A stretch of 64,000 nt of DNA from Scenedesmus sp. PABB004 (lineage: Eukaryota): assembly GCA_014905635.1 (NCBI GenBank), contig JABVCE010000004.1, positions 62,001 through 126,000 on the forward strand, given 5' to 3'. Below the pieces are notes generated by a model, which saw only the letters and a program-made list of their open reading frames with translations, was not told the DNA's origin and made no database searches. This document shows, in pieces, positions 22,716-37,767 of this stretch. The position numbers were made by a program, and so were the translations under genes. Position 1 is the first letter of the stretch; every line of letters starts with the position of its first letter.

Positions 22716-24491
22716 TCACTGCATCTGCCAGCGGTCCCCGCTCGGCGGCGGCAGCGCACCACCGCTGGCACCGGCATCTGCAGAGTCCCCCCAGCGCCCC
22801 CCCTCGCCTGACGCACTGCCGGTGTCGGTGCCTGGCGCGCCCCACCGGCGCTGCGCCGCACGCCCCCGGCTGGCGCTGCGCCTGCTCCGGCTCCCGGTGC
22901 GCCGGCGCCGACGCGCAGCGCTCCGGCTCCTGCTGCTGCTCCTGCTCCTGCGACGCCGCCTGCCTCGGCTGCTGCTGCTCCTGTGGCGACCTCGCCCCCT
23001 GCTGCTGCTGCTCCTGCGACGACCTCGCCGCCTGCCTCGGCTGCCGCTGCTCCTGCTCCTGTGACGACCCCACCGCCTGCTCCTGCTGCGGGCGGGCTCC
23101 GCCGCAGCGGCAAGCACGGCGCCTGCCTGTCGCTGCACCTGCAGTTGCGCCTGCAGCTGCGCCTGCTGCGCCTGCAGCTGCGCCTGCTGCGACTGCAGCC
23201 GCGCCTGCTGCGCCTGCAGCTGGGCCTGCTGCGCCTGCTGCGCCAGCAGCTGCCCGTGTGCAGGTGGCGCCGACGGGTACGCCAGCTGCGCCGCGCCTGC
23301 GGCGCCCCCGTCGGAGCCGCCAGGCGGCGTGCGGCGCTCGTACCGGACGGCTCGGTCCCACGCCGACACGCTGAGGCCGGACGAGGCGAAGCAGACCAGC
23401 TCGTGCCAGAAGTGTACTGCGGTGTCCTCGCCCAGAAAGCCCGCCAGCGCCGCTGCTGGGCCGGGCGCGCCGGGCGCGCCGGGCTGCGCGAGCGCGCTGC
23501 TGCCCTGGCCGACCGGGCCGGGCGCCGCCGCCGCTGGCGCGCGCTGCGGCAGGCTGATGCCGTACCCCCCCACCAGGCCCTTCACAAAGGCGACGAGCAG
23601 GGAGTCGGCGGGCTCGCGCAGCAGCGCCGAGAGCTCGCGCGCAATCCAGGCCTCCAGCGCCGCGTCCGGCACGCGCAGCAGGCCGCCGCGCCGTGCGCCG
23701 CCGCCGCCGCCGCCGGGCGCGGCGGCGCTCGCGCCTGCCGCCGCCGCGGCCGTCACGGCCGTGTGGTGGGGCTGCGCCCAGAGGCCGCCGCCGGCGTAGT
23801 AGACCTCTCGCCGCGCCTCGAGCGCCGCGTCGCCTCCGCCGCCGGGCTGCGCCGCGCCGCCCGTGCCGCCGCCGCGCGCCACGCTCGCCAGCGCGTGCTG
23901 CACGCGCCACCAGTACGGCCGCGGCTCGCCCGCCGCGCCCTCGCCGCCGCCGCCGCCGCCCGGCCGCTGCCGCCGGCCAGGCGCGGGCCGGGCGGTGCCG
24001 CGCAGCACGGCCGCGCGCCAGCCTGGCGGCTCGCCCCCGCCCGGGCTCGGCGCGCGCGCCGGGCTGCGCGCGCCGCGCTCGCAGTCGTCGTCGCTGAGCA
24101 GGTGCTCCGCGTAGTCGGCGTCGCCCCGGATGGTGTGCAGGTAGCCGCGGATGCGGCCCTTGCACAGTGGGCAGGTGCGCCGCACGCGCCGCGCACGCTG
24201 CTGGCGGCACCAGGCCTGTAGGCAGACGAGGCAGAACGCGTGCATGCAGTCGCGCACGACCGCGCGGTCCGCCGACTTGAGGGCCTGCAGGCCTGCGCGG
24301 CGGCGGTGGCAGCGCGTCAGGCGGCGGCCGCGGGGTGCGGGTGCGGGGTGCGGGGTGCGGGGTGCGGGTCAGGGAGCTGCCCCTCTGCAGCAGGCCGCTG
24401 CGTGATGAGGCAGCGACCAGAACAGCGCGCTGCTGCTGCTGCTGCTGCCTCGCTCACAAACGGGGCAGTCGTCCTCCTGCAGCGCCTCCAT
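22716..24491 (-). CDS. Topors-like C3HC4 RING E3 ligase with Gln-rich and Arg/Ser-rich C-terminus; 2 exons
   Basis: CPVC...DCMHAFCLVCLQAW...CPLCK RING. The Topors-type block WIARELSALL...FLGEDTAVHFWHELVCFASSGLSVSAWD is present, followed by an RS-rich tail. Confidence 0.85.
22920..23260. repeat. Coding tandem repeats: RS-encoding units and ~21-nt QAQQAQL units
   Basis: Repeated [38 protein letters not shown] and ctgcagctgcgcctgctgcgc-like units. Confidence 0.75.
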
Positions 24492-25393
24492 AGCGTCGCG
24501 CGCAGCCCCCGGGACGCGCCCTGAGTCGTGCGCGCCCCCAGGACGCGCCCTGAGCGTGCCGCCGCTGCTTTGTTCTGCCGCCCGGCGCGCCCCTGGCGCG
24601 CCTGCCCGGGCCGTCGCGGCGCCCAGTGAGGGCGCGCTGTCTGGCTCCCTGTGCGGTGAGGCAGAGGCAGGGGCTCCGGCGGCGTGCCGCGTCTCGGCGC
24701 GGCGGTCCAACGATCGCTGTGCCCTCGCCGGGGCAGCGGCGAGGCCGCCCTCGCCGGAGCGAGCCGGCAAGCGCGGGCGTCCGAGCTGGTGGGCTGGGCG
24801 GCGTGGTCGGCGTCAGCGGCGTGGCCTGTGCGCTCCAGCGCGCCGGTCAACGCGGTCGAGTGCAGCGTCTGCAGCGTACCGACGCCTGCCTCGCGGGGCG
24901 GCGCTGGGGCGTTGGGACGGGGTATTAAATTGTGCCCGCATGCTCGACTGCGCAGTCGAGCCCGGCCTGCGAGGAGGTGCCGCATCAACGCCCGTGCGTC
25001 GCTCCGCCACTGCTCAGGCAAGCAGGGCGCCGCGCGCGCGAGAAAACTGCCAACGAATGCCACAAAAACGGCGCAGCCGCGTCGCGGGAGAAAGTGGCGT
25101 CACGCGCAGCTGCGCAGAAGAGTCAGCCACATGATGATTAGGAGTGCAGTGCCCCCGTGCTGCCGGGCGAGCGGGCGGCGCATGTCGAGTGGCGCCGCCG
25201 CCGCCGCCCGGTGGATTGAGCCGCCCAGGCGGTGGAGGGTAAGGCCTTATTAAGGGTTTAGAAAGGCCGAGTCACGTTGGGAGTGCAGTGATGTGTTTTG
25301 CAGAAGCCCGCTGCGGCTGGCCCGCGCCCCGGGCCGGGGCGCGGGGCCGCCGGCCATGTTCCTAGGAGGCCGCTGAATCATTGGGTCTTGTCA

Positions 25394-25574
25394 TCAGGGC
25401 TCGCCAAAGTTGGAGTTCTCGTCCTTCCCAGGGTGCCACGGCGAGGGCACGCCCAGCTCATCGCGCCACGCATCAGCCGCGCTGGCCACGGCCGCGCCCG
25501 GGGCGATGGGCGCCTTGGGGGCGGGCAGGCCCGCAGCCGCGACCGCGACGGCCGGCATCGCGGCCACGCCTGCA

Positions 25575-25612
<38 letters not shown>

Positions 25613-25933
25613 AGGGCGGTCAGGCGACCGCTCGCTGGCGTGCAGCCCCTCGCCGAGCGGGCGGGCGCCGCGCGGCGCGCGCACCGCGGGCGCCGGCCTT
25701 GGGCGCCGCCGCGACAAACGGCCCCTCGCGCGCGGCGGACACCGCCAGGGCGCCTGCGGCAGCAGGCAGAGTGGGGCAGCGGCCAGTGAGGTGGCGGCGA
25801 GCTGCACAGCTCCGCAGCGCCAGCCCCGCGCGGCCGCGCCAGCACAGCCCCGCAGGGCGGCCCCGCGCCGCGGCGCCCGCTCACCGCACAGCAGCGCCAG
25901 CAGCGCGAGCGCGACCTTGGTGGAGGAGGCCAT
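25394..25933 (-). CDS. Small secreted pre-pro-peptide A (97 aa); exons 25933-25885, 25753-25685, 25569-25394
   Basis: MASSTKVALALLALLCGALAVSAAREGPFVAAAPKAGARGVAAMPAVAVAAAGLPAPKAPIAPGAAVASAADAWRDELGVPSPWHPGKDENSNFGEP*. GT-AG introns with consistent phases. Confidence 0.75.
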
Positions 25934-26349
25934 GGCGAGCTGGCGAGGGCGTGCCTGCGGGCGCCAGCGGACGGCTGAGCGCGCGGCACTGCGGGCGCGC
26001 GGGAGCGGTCGGCACTCAGCCGCGCCTGTGCGGTGTAGCCTGATGGCAAGCCGGGAGGTTCCTACAACGTACTAGTGCCGATTGAGATAGCGCGCGGAGC
26101 TCTGCGTGCGGCAGGGAGCGAAGTTATGACATCGACACAACCGCGCCAACCCTCGCGGCAACCGCAGAGGTGCGAGCGCCGCGAGAGAGCTGAGACAGCT
26201 CTCTGATGCTGTTGAGCGTGCCGCCGCGCCGGCAGCGGCATCGCCGGCGTGGCAGCGGCAGCGGCGCTCAGGCGCTGCCAGCGCGGCGCTGGCAGCCGCC
26301 GCGGAGCACCCCCGCCCGATGGACGGGCTGATCACACACTGGGATGGGT

Positions 26350-26354
26350 TTACA
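26350..26354 (-). promoter_or_regulatory. Possible TGTAA poly(A) signal for peptide gene B
   Basis: TTACA about 390 nt past the stop at 26744. Confidence 0.45.
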
Positions 26355-26743
26355 GGAGCTCCAGCCTGCACGCCATCGCTGCGGCTGGCCGTAGGGCCAG
26401 ACAGGGTCAACGTGCGTCGATCGACGGCGAGCGCAGCAAAAAAACGGCGGCCTCCGCGCGCGCTCGCGGCCAGGCGGCCCTAATAATAATAATAAAACAC
26501 AACATGATGACGCGGGTTTCACGATCACAAAACAGGCGCGGCCCGCCGCCTGGCAGCAGCGGGCGTGCAGCCGGTACGCCGGTTGTGGTTGAGTGCGAGT
26601 GCGCGGACGAATCGCCCCCCCCCCCTCCTCCTCCCCCGATGAATGTTCCTAGGTGCTAGGTGCTAGGGGCAGTGGCTTGAGCTGCGCGCGCGGAGCGCAC
26701 GAGCAGCGCGCCGCGCCTGCTGCAATCGGCAGGCCGCCGGCGC

Positions 26744-26950
26744 TCAGCGCCGCGACCAGCCGCTCATGACCGCCGCGTCGGCCTGCGCGGTGTCGTCGGC
26801 CGACGGCTTCGGCGGGTCGGGGCGCCACACGGGGTAGCCGCTGGCCAGCGGGGCGCGCCACATGTCGGTCTGCGGGACGGTGCCGTAGTCCACCACAGCG
26901 CTCTCGCGCGCCGACGCCGCGCCCGACGCGGCGGCCGACACGCGGGCGCC

Positions 26951-26992
<42 letters not shown>

Positions 26993-27317
26993 CGCAGGGC
27001 GGTCAGGCGGCCGCTCGCCGGCGTGCAGCCCCTCGCCGGGCGGGCGGGCGCCGCGCGGCGCGCGCACCGCGGGCGCCGGCCTTGGGCGCCGCCGCTACAA
27101 ACGGCCCCTCGCGCGCGGCGGACACCGCCAGGGCGCCTGCCGCAGCGTGCGGCGTGGGGCCAGCGGCCAGTGAGGTGGCGGCGAGCTGCACAGCTCCGCA
27201 GCGCCAGCCCCGCGCGGCCGCGCCAGCACAGCCCCGCAGGGCGGCCCCGCGCCGCGGCGCCCGCTCACCGCACAGCAGCGCCAGCAGCGCGAGTGCGACC
27301 TTGGTGGAGGAGGCCAT
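26744..27317 (-). CDS. Small secreted pre-pro-peptide B (107 aa); exons 27317-27269, 27136-27068, 26949-26744
   Basis: Same first 40 aa as peptide A, then ARVSAAASGAASARESAVVDYGTVPQTDMWRAPLASGYPVWRPDPPKPSADDTAQADAAVMSGWSRR*. Confidence 0.75.
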
Positions 27318-27647
27318 GGCGAGCTGGCGGACGCCGGCAGCGGCACGCTACGGCGACGGCGCCTGCGGCGAGTGCGGCGGCGGTCGCTGGCGCGCTCGCG
27401 GTGTGGTCGCGGTGAGGCGCTGCGCTGTGCGGAGGTGAGCTAGTGGTGGTGCGGGGCTAGCTTTAAAGGCCGGCGCCGCGCCGTCGGTGATTTCCTGCGG
27501 CGCCTACCGAGCTCGAACCGCGCCCCGCGCTCCATCGCCTAACGCCGGCCCCCCGCACCTGCTGGGGAGCTAGAAAACACACAATCCATCCCCGGGCCGC
27601 GCCGCGGAAGCCGTTTTGTGGCCGTGCTCCGCCGGGAGCGCGCGAAG

Positions 27648-30600
27648 ATGGCGGGCGCGCCCGGCGAGGCGCCAGCGCGCGTGTCGACGGCCGACTTTGA
27701 TCGCGCCCTCGGTCCCGCCTGCTGTGTTGCGCTGCTGCCGTCCGGCGCTGCGCCCGCCGCCGGGCAGCAGCGGCGGCTGCGCGGCGCACTGGAGCACCTC
27801 CTGCGCCGTGGTGCGTGCCCTCGCGGGCGGGCGGCAGCTGGTCGGCCCGGGGCTGGCACAGCGGCGCCCCGCGGCCGCCGCGGCGCGCGGCGCAGCGCGC
27901 GGCGCGCGGGTCGATCGAATCTGAAGCAACCGCCGCAACCGCCACCCCCGCATCGCCGCCGCAGGCACCGCGGCCGCCCCAGCGAGCGCCCTGGCGCGCC
28001 ACCCGCGCCGCCGCCGCCGCCACCGCCCGGCGCGCCCACGGGCGGCAGCGGCGCGCCCGGCGCGCCGAGCGGGGAGGCGGCGGCGCGCGGCGCGTCGCCG
28101 TCGGGGCTCACCACCACCGCCTACGATCCCTGGTCCAGCGACAGCGACAGCGACAGCCCCGACACCGGCGCCAGCAGCGCCAGCTCCGCCAGCAGCAGCA
28201 TCGCGCTGCCGGCCGCCGCGGCGCAGGCGCCGGGCCGGCGCGCGGGCAGCCGCGCCAGCAGCGAGGCGGCGCTGCCGCTGCTGGAGCCCGGCGCGGCGCT
28301 GTCGGCCGACGCCTGCCCCGGCGCCGGCCCCGGCGCCGGCGCCGCGTCGCCGGGCCCGGCGGCGGCGGCGGCGAGCAGCGTCGGCGACGCGCGGCAGCAG
28401 CAACGGCTCATCGGCCTGCTGCGGCGCCTGGAGCTGAGCCCCGCCAGGCCGCCGGCGGGCGCGGCGCCCGCGCCCCCGCGCGGCGTGCCCGCGCTGCCGC
28501 CGCCGCGCGCCTCGCCGGCGGGCGCGGGCGCGGAGCGGCGCGGGGGCCTGCCGTCGCGCGCGCCGTCGGCGCACAGCCTGAGCCGGTGGGACCGCAGCTT
28601 CCTGCCCGGCGGCGGCCCGCCGGCGGGGCCCGGCGCCCGCGGGCGGCGGCGGCACGGCAGCAGGCGCGGCGGGCCGCGCAGCGCCGGCGGGAGCGACTCG
28701 GGCAGCGACGGCGCGGCGTCGGACGCGTTCACGGACTGCGTCTGGCCTGATGCCAGCGCGGTCCCCCGCGGCAGGCCGCCGCCGCTGCCACGCAGCGCGC
28801 GGCTGGGCGTGGGGGCGCAGCCCGCCTGCGGCGGCGCCGCGGGGCCGCCAGCGCCGCCCGCGGCCGCGTCAGCTGCGTGGGGCTCGGGCCTCCTGTGGCC
28901 TGTGCCGGAGGACTGCGCCGTGGCGGAGAGCCCCCGCCCCAGCAGCGGCGACCTGGTGGGCCTGCTGCTGAGCTCGGTGGTGGTGGCGCCGCCCGGCGGC
29001 AGCGGCCGCGCGGGGCTGTCCGCCGGCGGCACGAGCACCCTCGCTGCGGCCGCCACGGCAGCAGCGCCGCGGCTGCCGTGCGGCAACGCCACGTGGGCGG
29101 GCGAGGGGCCAGCGGGCGCCGCGCGCAGCGGTGCCGGCGCCACCGCGGGCGGCGTGTCAACGCTCACCGCCGCTGGCAGCAGCGCGTCGTCGGAGCTGGG
29201 CTCGCAGGCGTCTGGCGAGCAGGCCCCGCGGCCGCCGGCCGCCGGCAGCGACGTCGCTGGGCGGGGCGGTCGGGACCAGGCACAGCCCTGGGGCGCCGAG
29301 GCGGCGCAGGCCAAGCTGGCACGCCTGCTCACCTCCACGTCGACGCTGCAGTCGCTGCCGACAGGCGGCAGCCCGGGCGGCGTCAGCGCAGGCGGCGCCG
29401 CGGCGAGCGCGGCGTCGGGCGCGTGGGCGCGCAGCCCACTGCTGTGCCTGGCGCTGAACCCTCTGTTCGAGCCGGCGGACGGCTGGGCGTCAGGCCGACG
29501 CAGCACGCAGCAGCGCGCTGAAGGCGCCTCGCCCAGCTCGGAGCTGGGCGGGGGGCGGCCGCTCGGTTCCCTGGTCGAGACGGGAGCTGACGGGGCGCCG
29601 TCGCCTGAGCTGCTGGGGGCCATGCTGGGCGCGCTGCAGGAGCTCAACGCGACGCTGCTCGCCGCGGGAAGCCTCGACGGCGCCGCGCTGGGGCAGCTGC
29701 AGTCGCTGCTGGCGAGCAGGACGTTTGTGGAGCTCAACGCCCAGGTCGCCGCGCTGGCGGAGCGGGCGCCAGAGCTCGGATGGCACGCGGGCGGGCCGCT
29801 GCCGCCGCCACTCTCGCCCTCGCTGACATCGCCGCCGCGCCAGCATGGCGGCGACGCCGCCCCTGCGCGTGCGGACGGTGCCGGCGCGCCCGGCGACTGG
29901 CTGGCGAGTGACGACTGCCTGCTGGCGAGCCCTGTGGCGAGCGCCGCCGTGCGGGCGTCGCTCACAGGCCTCGCGGCCGGCCCCCTCGCGAGCAAGCACG
30001 CCGCCCCGGGCGCGTCGCACCGCCTCGTAAGCAGCTTCGGCGACGCCCGGCGCCCAGCGGCGATGGGTGAGCGCGGCGAGGCGCAGCGGTCGGGCGGCGT
30101 GACGCTGGCCTCGCTCCGGGAGCGCGTGCGGCGCCAGCTGGAGGTCGGCGCGCCCGCGCCGGGCGCCGTCGCGGAGCGCCGCAGCGAGCGCGCAGTCTCT
30201 GGCACCGCGTCGCCGCCCAGCGCGCCGTCGGCGGGCGCGCCCAGCAGCTGCGGCGCCACGCCAGAGCCGCTGTGCGACGGCGACGAGCCCGACAGCCTCG
30301 CGGCGCTGAGCCTGGGCGACCTGCGGGAGCTGCTCGGCCGCGTGGCGCGCGACTCGCTGCGCCGCCTGCAGGCGCAAGCCGAGGCGCGCGCGCCGCGCGG
30401 CGAGCGGCGCGAGGCAGCGGGGCCGGGGGCGCCGCCGCCGCCACCGCGCGGCTCGCCCGCGGGGACGAGCCCCTCGGGCAGCGCCGCGGATGGCGCCGGC
30501 ACGCCGCAGCCGCGCGCCCCGCTGCGGCAGCAGCCCCAGGCGCCACCGCTGGGGGCTCCGGGCTGGGAGGGCGACTCGCCGCGAGTCCTGGCGCCAGGCG

Positions 30601-30919
30601 GCAGCAGGCGGCCCGGCAGGCGCGGGGCCGTGCCGCAGCACGAGCCGCGCGCGGCGGCCGCCCCGCCTGGCGCGGCCGGCGCCAGCAGCGACGGCGCCGC
30701 GCTCGCGCGCCTGCTGCGGCTGGTCGCGCAGGAAGGCCCGGCCGGGCCCTGGGGCCGGGCGCGCCCTCGGCGCTCGAGTCGCTGTCGCTGCAGGAGCTGG
30801 CCGCGGTGCTGCGCGCGGCGCGCGGCGCAGCGCGCCGCAGCCGGTCCCTGCCTGACGAGCTCGTCCGCCTTGCGGCCGCGGCAGCCGGCGGCGCCGCGCG
30901 GCTGCAGGCGTCGCGCTGA
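27648..30919 (+). CDS. Large low-complexity (Ala/Gly/Pro/Ser) hypothetical protein; apparent 1-nt frameshift near 30745; 5' exon structure uncertain
   Basis: Open frame of more than 1000 codons with coding-like codon use and helical patches (ELLGAMLGALQELNATLL; LAALSLGDLRELLGRVAR). A similar patch (LESLSLQELAAVLRAAR) continues in another frame to TGA 30919. Confidence 0.55.
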
Positions 30920-31180
30920 CGCCGCGGCGTTGCGGCGGCGGTCGTGTGTTTCCTAGCCGCTGGCTGCACCCTCTCGGCGCCGGCGCCGGCGGCGGTGGTA
31001 ATCGGTCCGTGTGCGCGCACGCGCACGCACGTCGGCGTGCTCCGCGGATCTGCCCAGCAGCCATCTCTAGAGCGCGGCGCGGCACGCCGGCGCGCTGGCG
31101 GCCGGCCCGCGAGCTGCGGCGCGGTGCACCCCCGCGGGATTGCGCTCCGGTGGCGGGACGCGGCGCTGGGTAGCCACTCG

Positions 31181-34100
31181 TTACGCCGCCGGCGTGATGA
31201 ACCACAGGCAGACCACCGCGCCGCCGCCCGCGAGCACCTGGGCGATGTGCAGCCAGAAGCACATGTTCTGCAGCGCGTCACGCCCAGCGAGCAGGTGCCC
31301 TGGCGGGCGCGCGGCGGCGTGCGCGCGGCGCGTGAGCGGCAGCCGCGGCGGTGCGCTGGCACAGCTGGTGCCAGCGCTGGCGGCGCAGCCAGCGCACCAA
31401 AGAAGAGCAGCGGCGGCACGCTGTTGTGCGCCGCCCAGAGCAGCGGCAGCGCCAACCAGGCCGCCAGGCCGCGCTGCACCACCAGGGCCTGGTGCAGCCC
31501 CAGGACAAAGGTGTTGACGCAGACGCACAGGCTCGCCGCCATTACCAGCTTGTCCGCCACGCACGCGTCCTCGCCGCCGGGCGCGGCGCCGCCGCCTGGG
31601 CGCGCGGGGGTGGGGGCTGGGTTTCACACCCAGAGCTTGGGCGGCCGGCGCCGCTGCGCGGCGCGCGCGCGCCGGCGCCGCTCGCCTGGTGGCGCCTGCG
31701 GCGCCTGCTGGAGCCGCGGCAGCGCCGGCGGGGGGTTGAAGCGGCGCGTGAGGCTGTTGAGCCGGCCCATGATCGCCAGGCCCGCGCCGCCGCCGGGGCG
31801 CACGCCGGCGCCCGTCTTCTCGGTCGGCTTGAAGCCCGCCGCCTTCTTGAGGCGCAGCTTGGACAGCAGCGTGTTGGCGATCGCCTGGCCGCGGCGGGGG
31901 CGCGGCGCGTGCACGACATGGTCGCGCGCGCGCGCGGCGGAGCCGCCCCCGCCCCTCGCCGCGCCGCGAGTCCGCCGCTGCCACCTTGGCGTAGGTGAGT
32001 GCGAGCAGCTGGTTGGAAACGCCCGCGAGCCAGATGCCGTGGCTGTGCTCCGCGACGCTGAAGTACCCTTGCACCAGCGCGGTCGAGCCGAGGTAGAGGG
32101 TCGCCGCCAGCGCAAACTGCCGGCTGAAGGCGACCGGCTGGACCTCAAACTGCGGCGCCGGCGGGCAGAGGCGGCGCCGGGCACGGGCGGTGGGTGGTGG
32201 GCGCCGGGCGGTGGCGGCGACCGCTGCCGCGCGGCGCCGGCGCCGGCGCCCGCTCCGGGGGCCCCCGGCGGCGGTGCGGCGCACCAGCAGGCTGATGAGG
32301 GGCACCAGCAGGAAGGCCCAGGTCGTCACCACGCTCGCAACATACGACCACGTGCCCGTGCTGTACAGCCAGCGCTGCAGGAGCGGCAGCCCCCGGCGCA
32401 GGAGCGGGTTGGCGGCGCTGAAGAAGACCTGGAAGTGGCCCTTCGCCCACCTGGCGGCGGCGTGGCGGCCGGTGGGTCGCAGCGGCGGCCGGCGCGGCCT
32501 GCGCCTAATTAGGTGGTTATAACCAGGCGGGCGGGCGCGCGCGCGCGCCTGCTGCGCTGGCGCAGGATGTTCCGCAGCTCCTCGGGCGCCTCGCCCACGG
32601 CCAGGCACTCGGCCTGTCGGTGCAGTGCGCGCGAGAGCAGCGCACGGCGGCGGGGCGGCGTTGGCAGTGCGCGCCCGTCCCGATGCGGCCGCGCACCGCG
32701 CCGCGCCGGCTGCTGCGGCTGCGACTGCTGGGCCTCCCCACCAGGTAGGCGCCCCTGTAGCCCGCGGCCTTGAGCTCCATGCTGAGGGCGTAGTCCTCGG
32801 TGACTGCCGGGGCGGGGGCGGCGCGCGCGGGGCGGCGCGCGCAGCCGCGCGCGCGTTCAGCGTGGGGGATGCGCCCAGGTGCGGCGGGTGCGCCCGCCGC
32901 CGCGACCGCCGCGCGACACGCACTGCAGTAGTCTGGGAACCAGCCGACGGAGGCCAGCGCTCGCGCCCGGAGGCAAAAGTTGGTGCCTGGCCACCGCGGC
33001 GCGGGCGCGCGGGCCGGCGGCCGTGAGGCGCGCGCGGGGCGGCGCGGCGATCGTGAGCGTGGCGGCCTGCCCGGCGCGGCACGGGCGCCCGGCCGCGATT
33101 GCTCGCCGGTGCAGGCGACGCAGCCCAGGGCGTCCAGGCCGGGCAGCACGTACTGCCAGAACTGAAGGTTGCTGTTATTGTAGATGTCGGTCGCCGGGTG
33201 AACGTTGTGAAAGCCCTGGGGCGTCAGGCACAGTGCGACGGCGTCGTCACACATGACCTCCAGCACCTGCGGCGGCGCCGCCGGCAGCGGCGTGCTGGCG
33301 GGTGCGGGTGGCGGCGCCCGTGCGTCCGCGCCCGCGCGCGCGCCCGCACGCGCGCGCCTGGCCGGGGCCGCTGCGCGCGAGCCCCCGCCGCGCGGCGCGC
33401 CTTGAGGAAAAAGTCACGCCGCGGGGCCATGTCGGCGTCAAACACCACCACCACCTCGCCCAGCGGGATGCCCGCCGGGGTCGCGGCGTGCTGGGGGTAC
33501 ACGACGCGCGTGAGCGCGTGGTTGAGGTTGGCGCTCTTGCCGTTGATCTCGCCTGACCGCCGCGGCGGGCCCGGGACGGCGCGGCGTGGGCCAAGGCCGG
33601 GGGCAGGCCCCACCCGCAGGCTCCCCGGGCCGGCCCGCCCGCGCGGCGCACCCTTGGCGCGCTGCCTGCCGGTCACGTAGTGCGCGGCCCCGGTGCCGCC
33701 GTAGGCCGCATCGAGCCAGGCGGCCTTTGCCGCGTCCTTGCCGTCGTCCAGGAGGTACACCTGCCTGACCACGCCTGATCACACCCGCGGCGGGGCGGCG
33801 CCGGCCCACCTCAGGCCCCAGCGCGCGGGCGCGGGCCGCCTGGTCCGGGATGCGCCTGGCTCGCGCGCGCGAGCTGCGCAGCTCCCGCGCTCAGACCTGC
33901 GGGCAGGTCCGCCTCCATCGCCGCCGCGACCGTTGCGCTGACAGTGGTGAGGCTCTCCTTGTAGCATGGCACGAGCACGCGCACCGTAAACCTAGGGGGC
34001 GGGGGAGTCTCGGGGGTGCGCCAGGCGCTGCCACCGCATGCGGCGCGGCCGTGCGGTGCGCACCGCACGGCCGCGCGGCGCGCGTGCGCTCACGTCTTGT

Positions 34101-34865
34101 CGGGCGCGCTCACGCTGTCGGCGGGCAGCCCCGGCGAGCCCGTGGGCCGCGTGTGCACCACGTTGACCAGCGCGTAGGGCAGCACGCTGCTGATGCCAAT
34201 GAGCTCCACCACGAGCAGGCAAGCCGAGTACCTGCGCACGCGCCCGCCGCGCGCGAGCTCACCCGCGCGGCGCGCCAGCCAGCCGGGCGCCAGCCGCCGC
34301 GGGCTCTCACCAGCGGTGCAGTGGAGTCACCATGCTGGGCCCGATGCGCACGAACAAGTAGAAGGCCAGCGAGGCAACGTAGAGCAGCGCCGCGCCGCCC
34401 GCGACCCAGCTCGCCTCGCGCCGGAGCGGCGCGCGCGCGCCGTACTCGACCGCGCGCCGACCCCCGCTGCCCGACGGCGGCGTGGACGGCGGCAGCGACG
34501 GCGCGCCGCCGCTGCCCGACGGCGGCAACGACGGGGCACCGCCTGCGGTGCCGCGCGCGGCGCGGAGCGGCGCTGGTCGTGCTGAGCTGACCGCGCGCCT
34601 GCGAGTGGCCGATGCCCGCGGCTGGCGCCCTGAGCGCCCCAAGCACCCACCGACTGAGGTTGAAAACCCATGGCGCTGCTGGGGCTGAGAGCCCGCGCGG
34701 CCACTCCCCGGCTGCGCCCCGCCTCCGTGCGCCGCCTCCGCCGCCTCGCGGATGCCAGGCCGCACCGCTCTGATCGGCGGGAAGCTGCGGCGGGCGGGGG
34801 CCGTGCGTCGTTCAGGCCCAGCCAGCACCAGGCACGCGCCCAGGCCCCGCGCCGCACCTCTCCAT
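31181..34865 (-). CDS. Cellulose-synthase-like processive GT2 (bacterial BcsA-type catalytic core); about 15 exons
   Basis: VLVPCYKE, YLLDDG, GKSANLN, VFDAD, TPQGF, CTGTN, ITED and QRSRW motifs plus flanking TM helices. 14 inferred introns, 4 with GC donors. Confidence 0.9.
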
Positions 34866-35141
34866 TGCCGGCGTCTGCGCAGCGCAGCGCGGTGCGTCCG
34901 CTGCTCGCGCGCGCTCAGGCGCGTTCAGGCCCGCGCCAACGGCCGCACGGGCGCCCGCGCAGAGACGGCACGCCCGTGGGCGTGTGCGTCCGCGGTCGCG
35001 GAAGTGAGGACGGGCGGCTGGGCAGCGGCGCGCGACGGCAGCGCGGACCGGGCCTGAACGGGCTCTCTCCGCCTCGAATAGCGCGCGTGGAGGCCGGATT
35101 TCTGTCAAGGGCTGTTGGAAATTGCGGTGGTCCGCGGGCTA

Positions 35142-37550
<2,409 letters not shown>

Positions 37551-37767
37551 TCAGGTGCATCCACTGCAGCAGACGAGCAGGCGCCGGCGGCGCCGCGCCG
37601 CTGAACCCGGCGACGAGCTCGAGCTTTGGAGCAGCCTTCACAGCTGCCCTCTTCGAGACACCGGCCCGCTGACCGCCATTCGTCGTCTTCTCCGGCACAG
37701 CCAACGCGCAGCCGCACCGGGCGCAGCGGAGCAGCGTCGCCGTTGGTTCGTCGCGCCGCAGCGGGCA

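Noticed and set aside
22669..24210. Alternative Q/E-rich reading frame over the RING gene 3' part
   Set aside because: The RS-rich frame is continuous with the RING and Topors-like blocks, and RS-richness is typical of Topors, so no frameshift is needed.
24500..25390. Possible gene or ncRNA in lower-GC intergenic stretches (also 26000-26700 and 42720-43040)
   Set aside because: I found no coherent spliced ORF and no recognisable tRNA, rRNA or snRNA motif; they fit promoter or UTR sequence.
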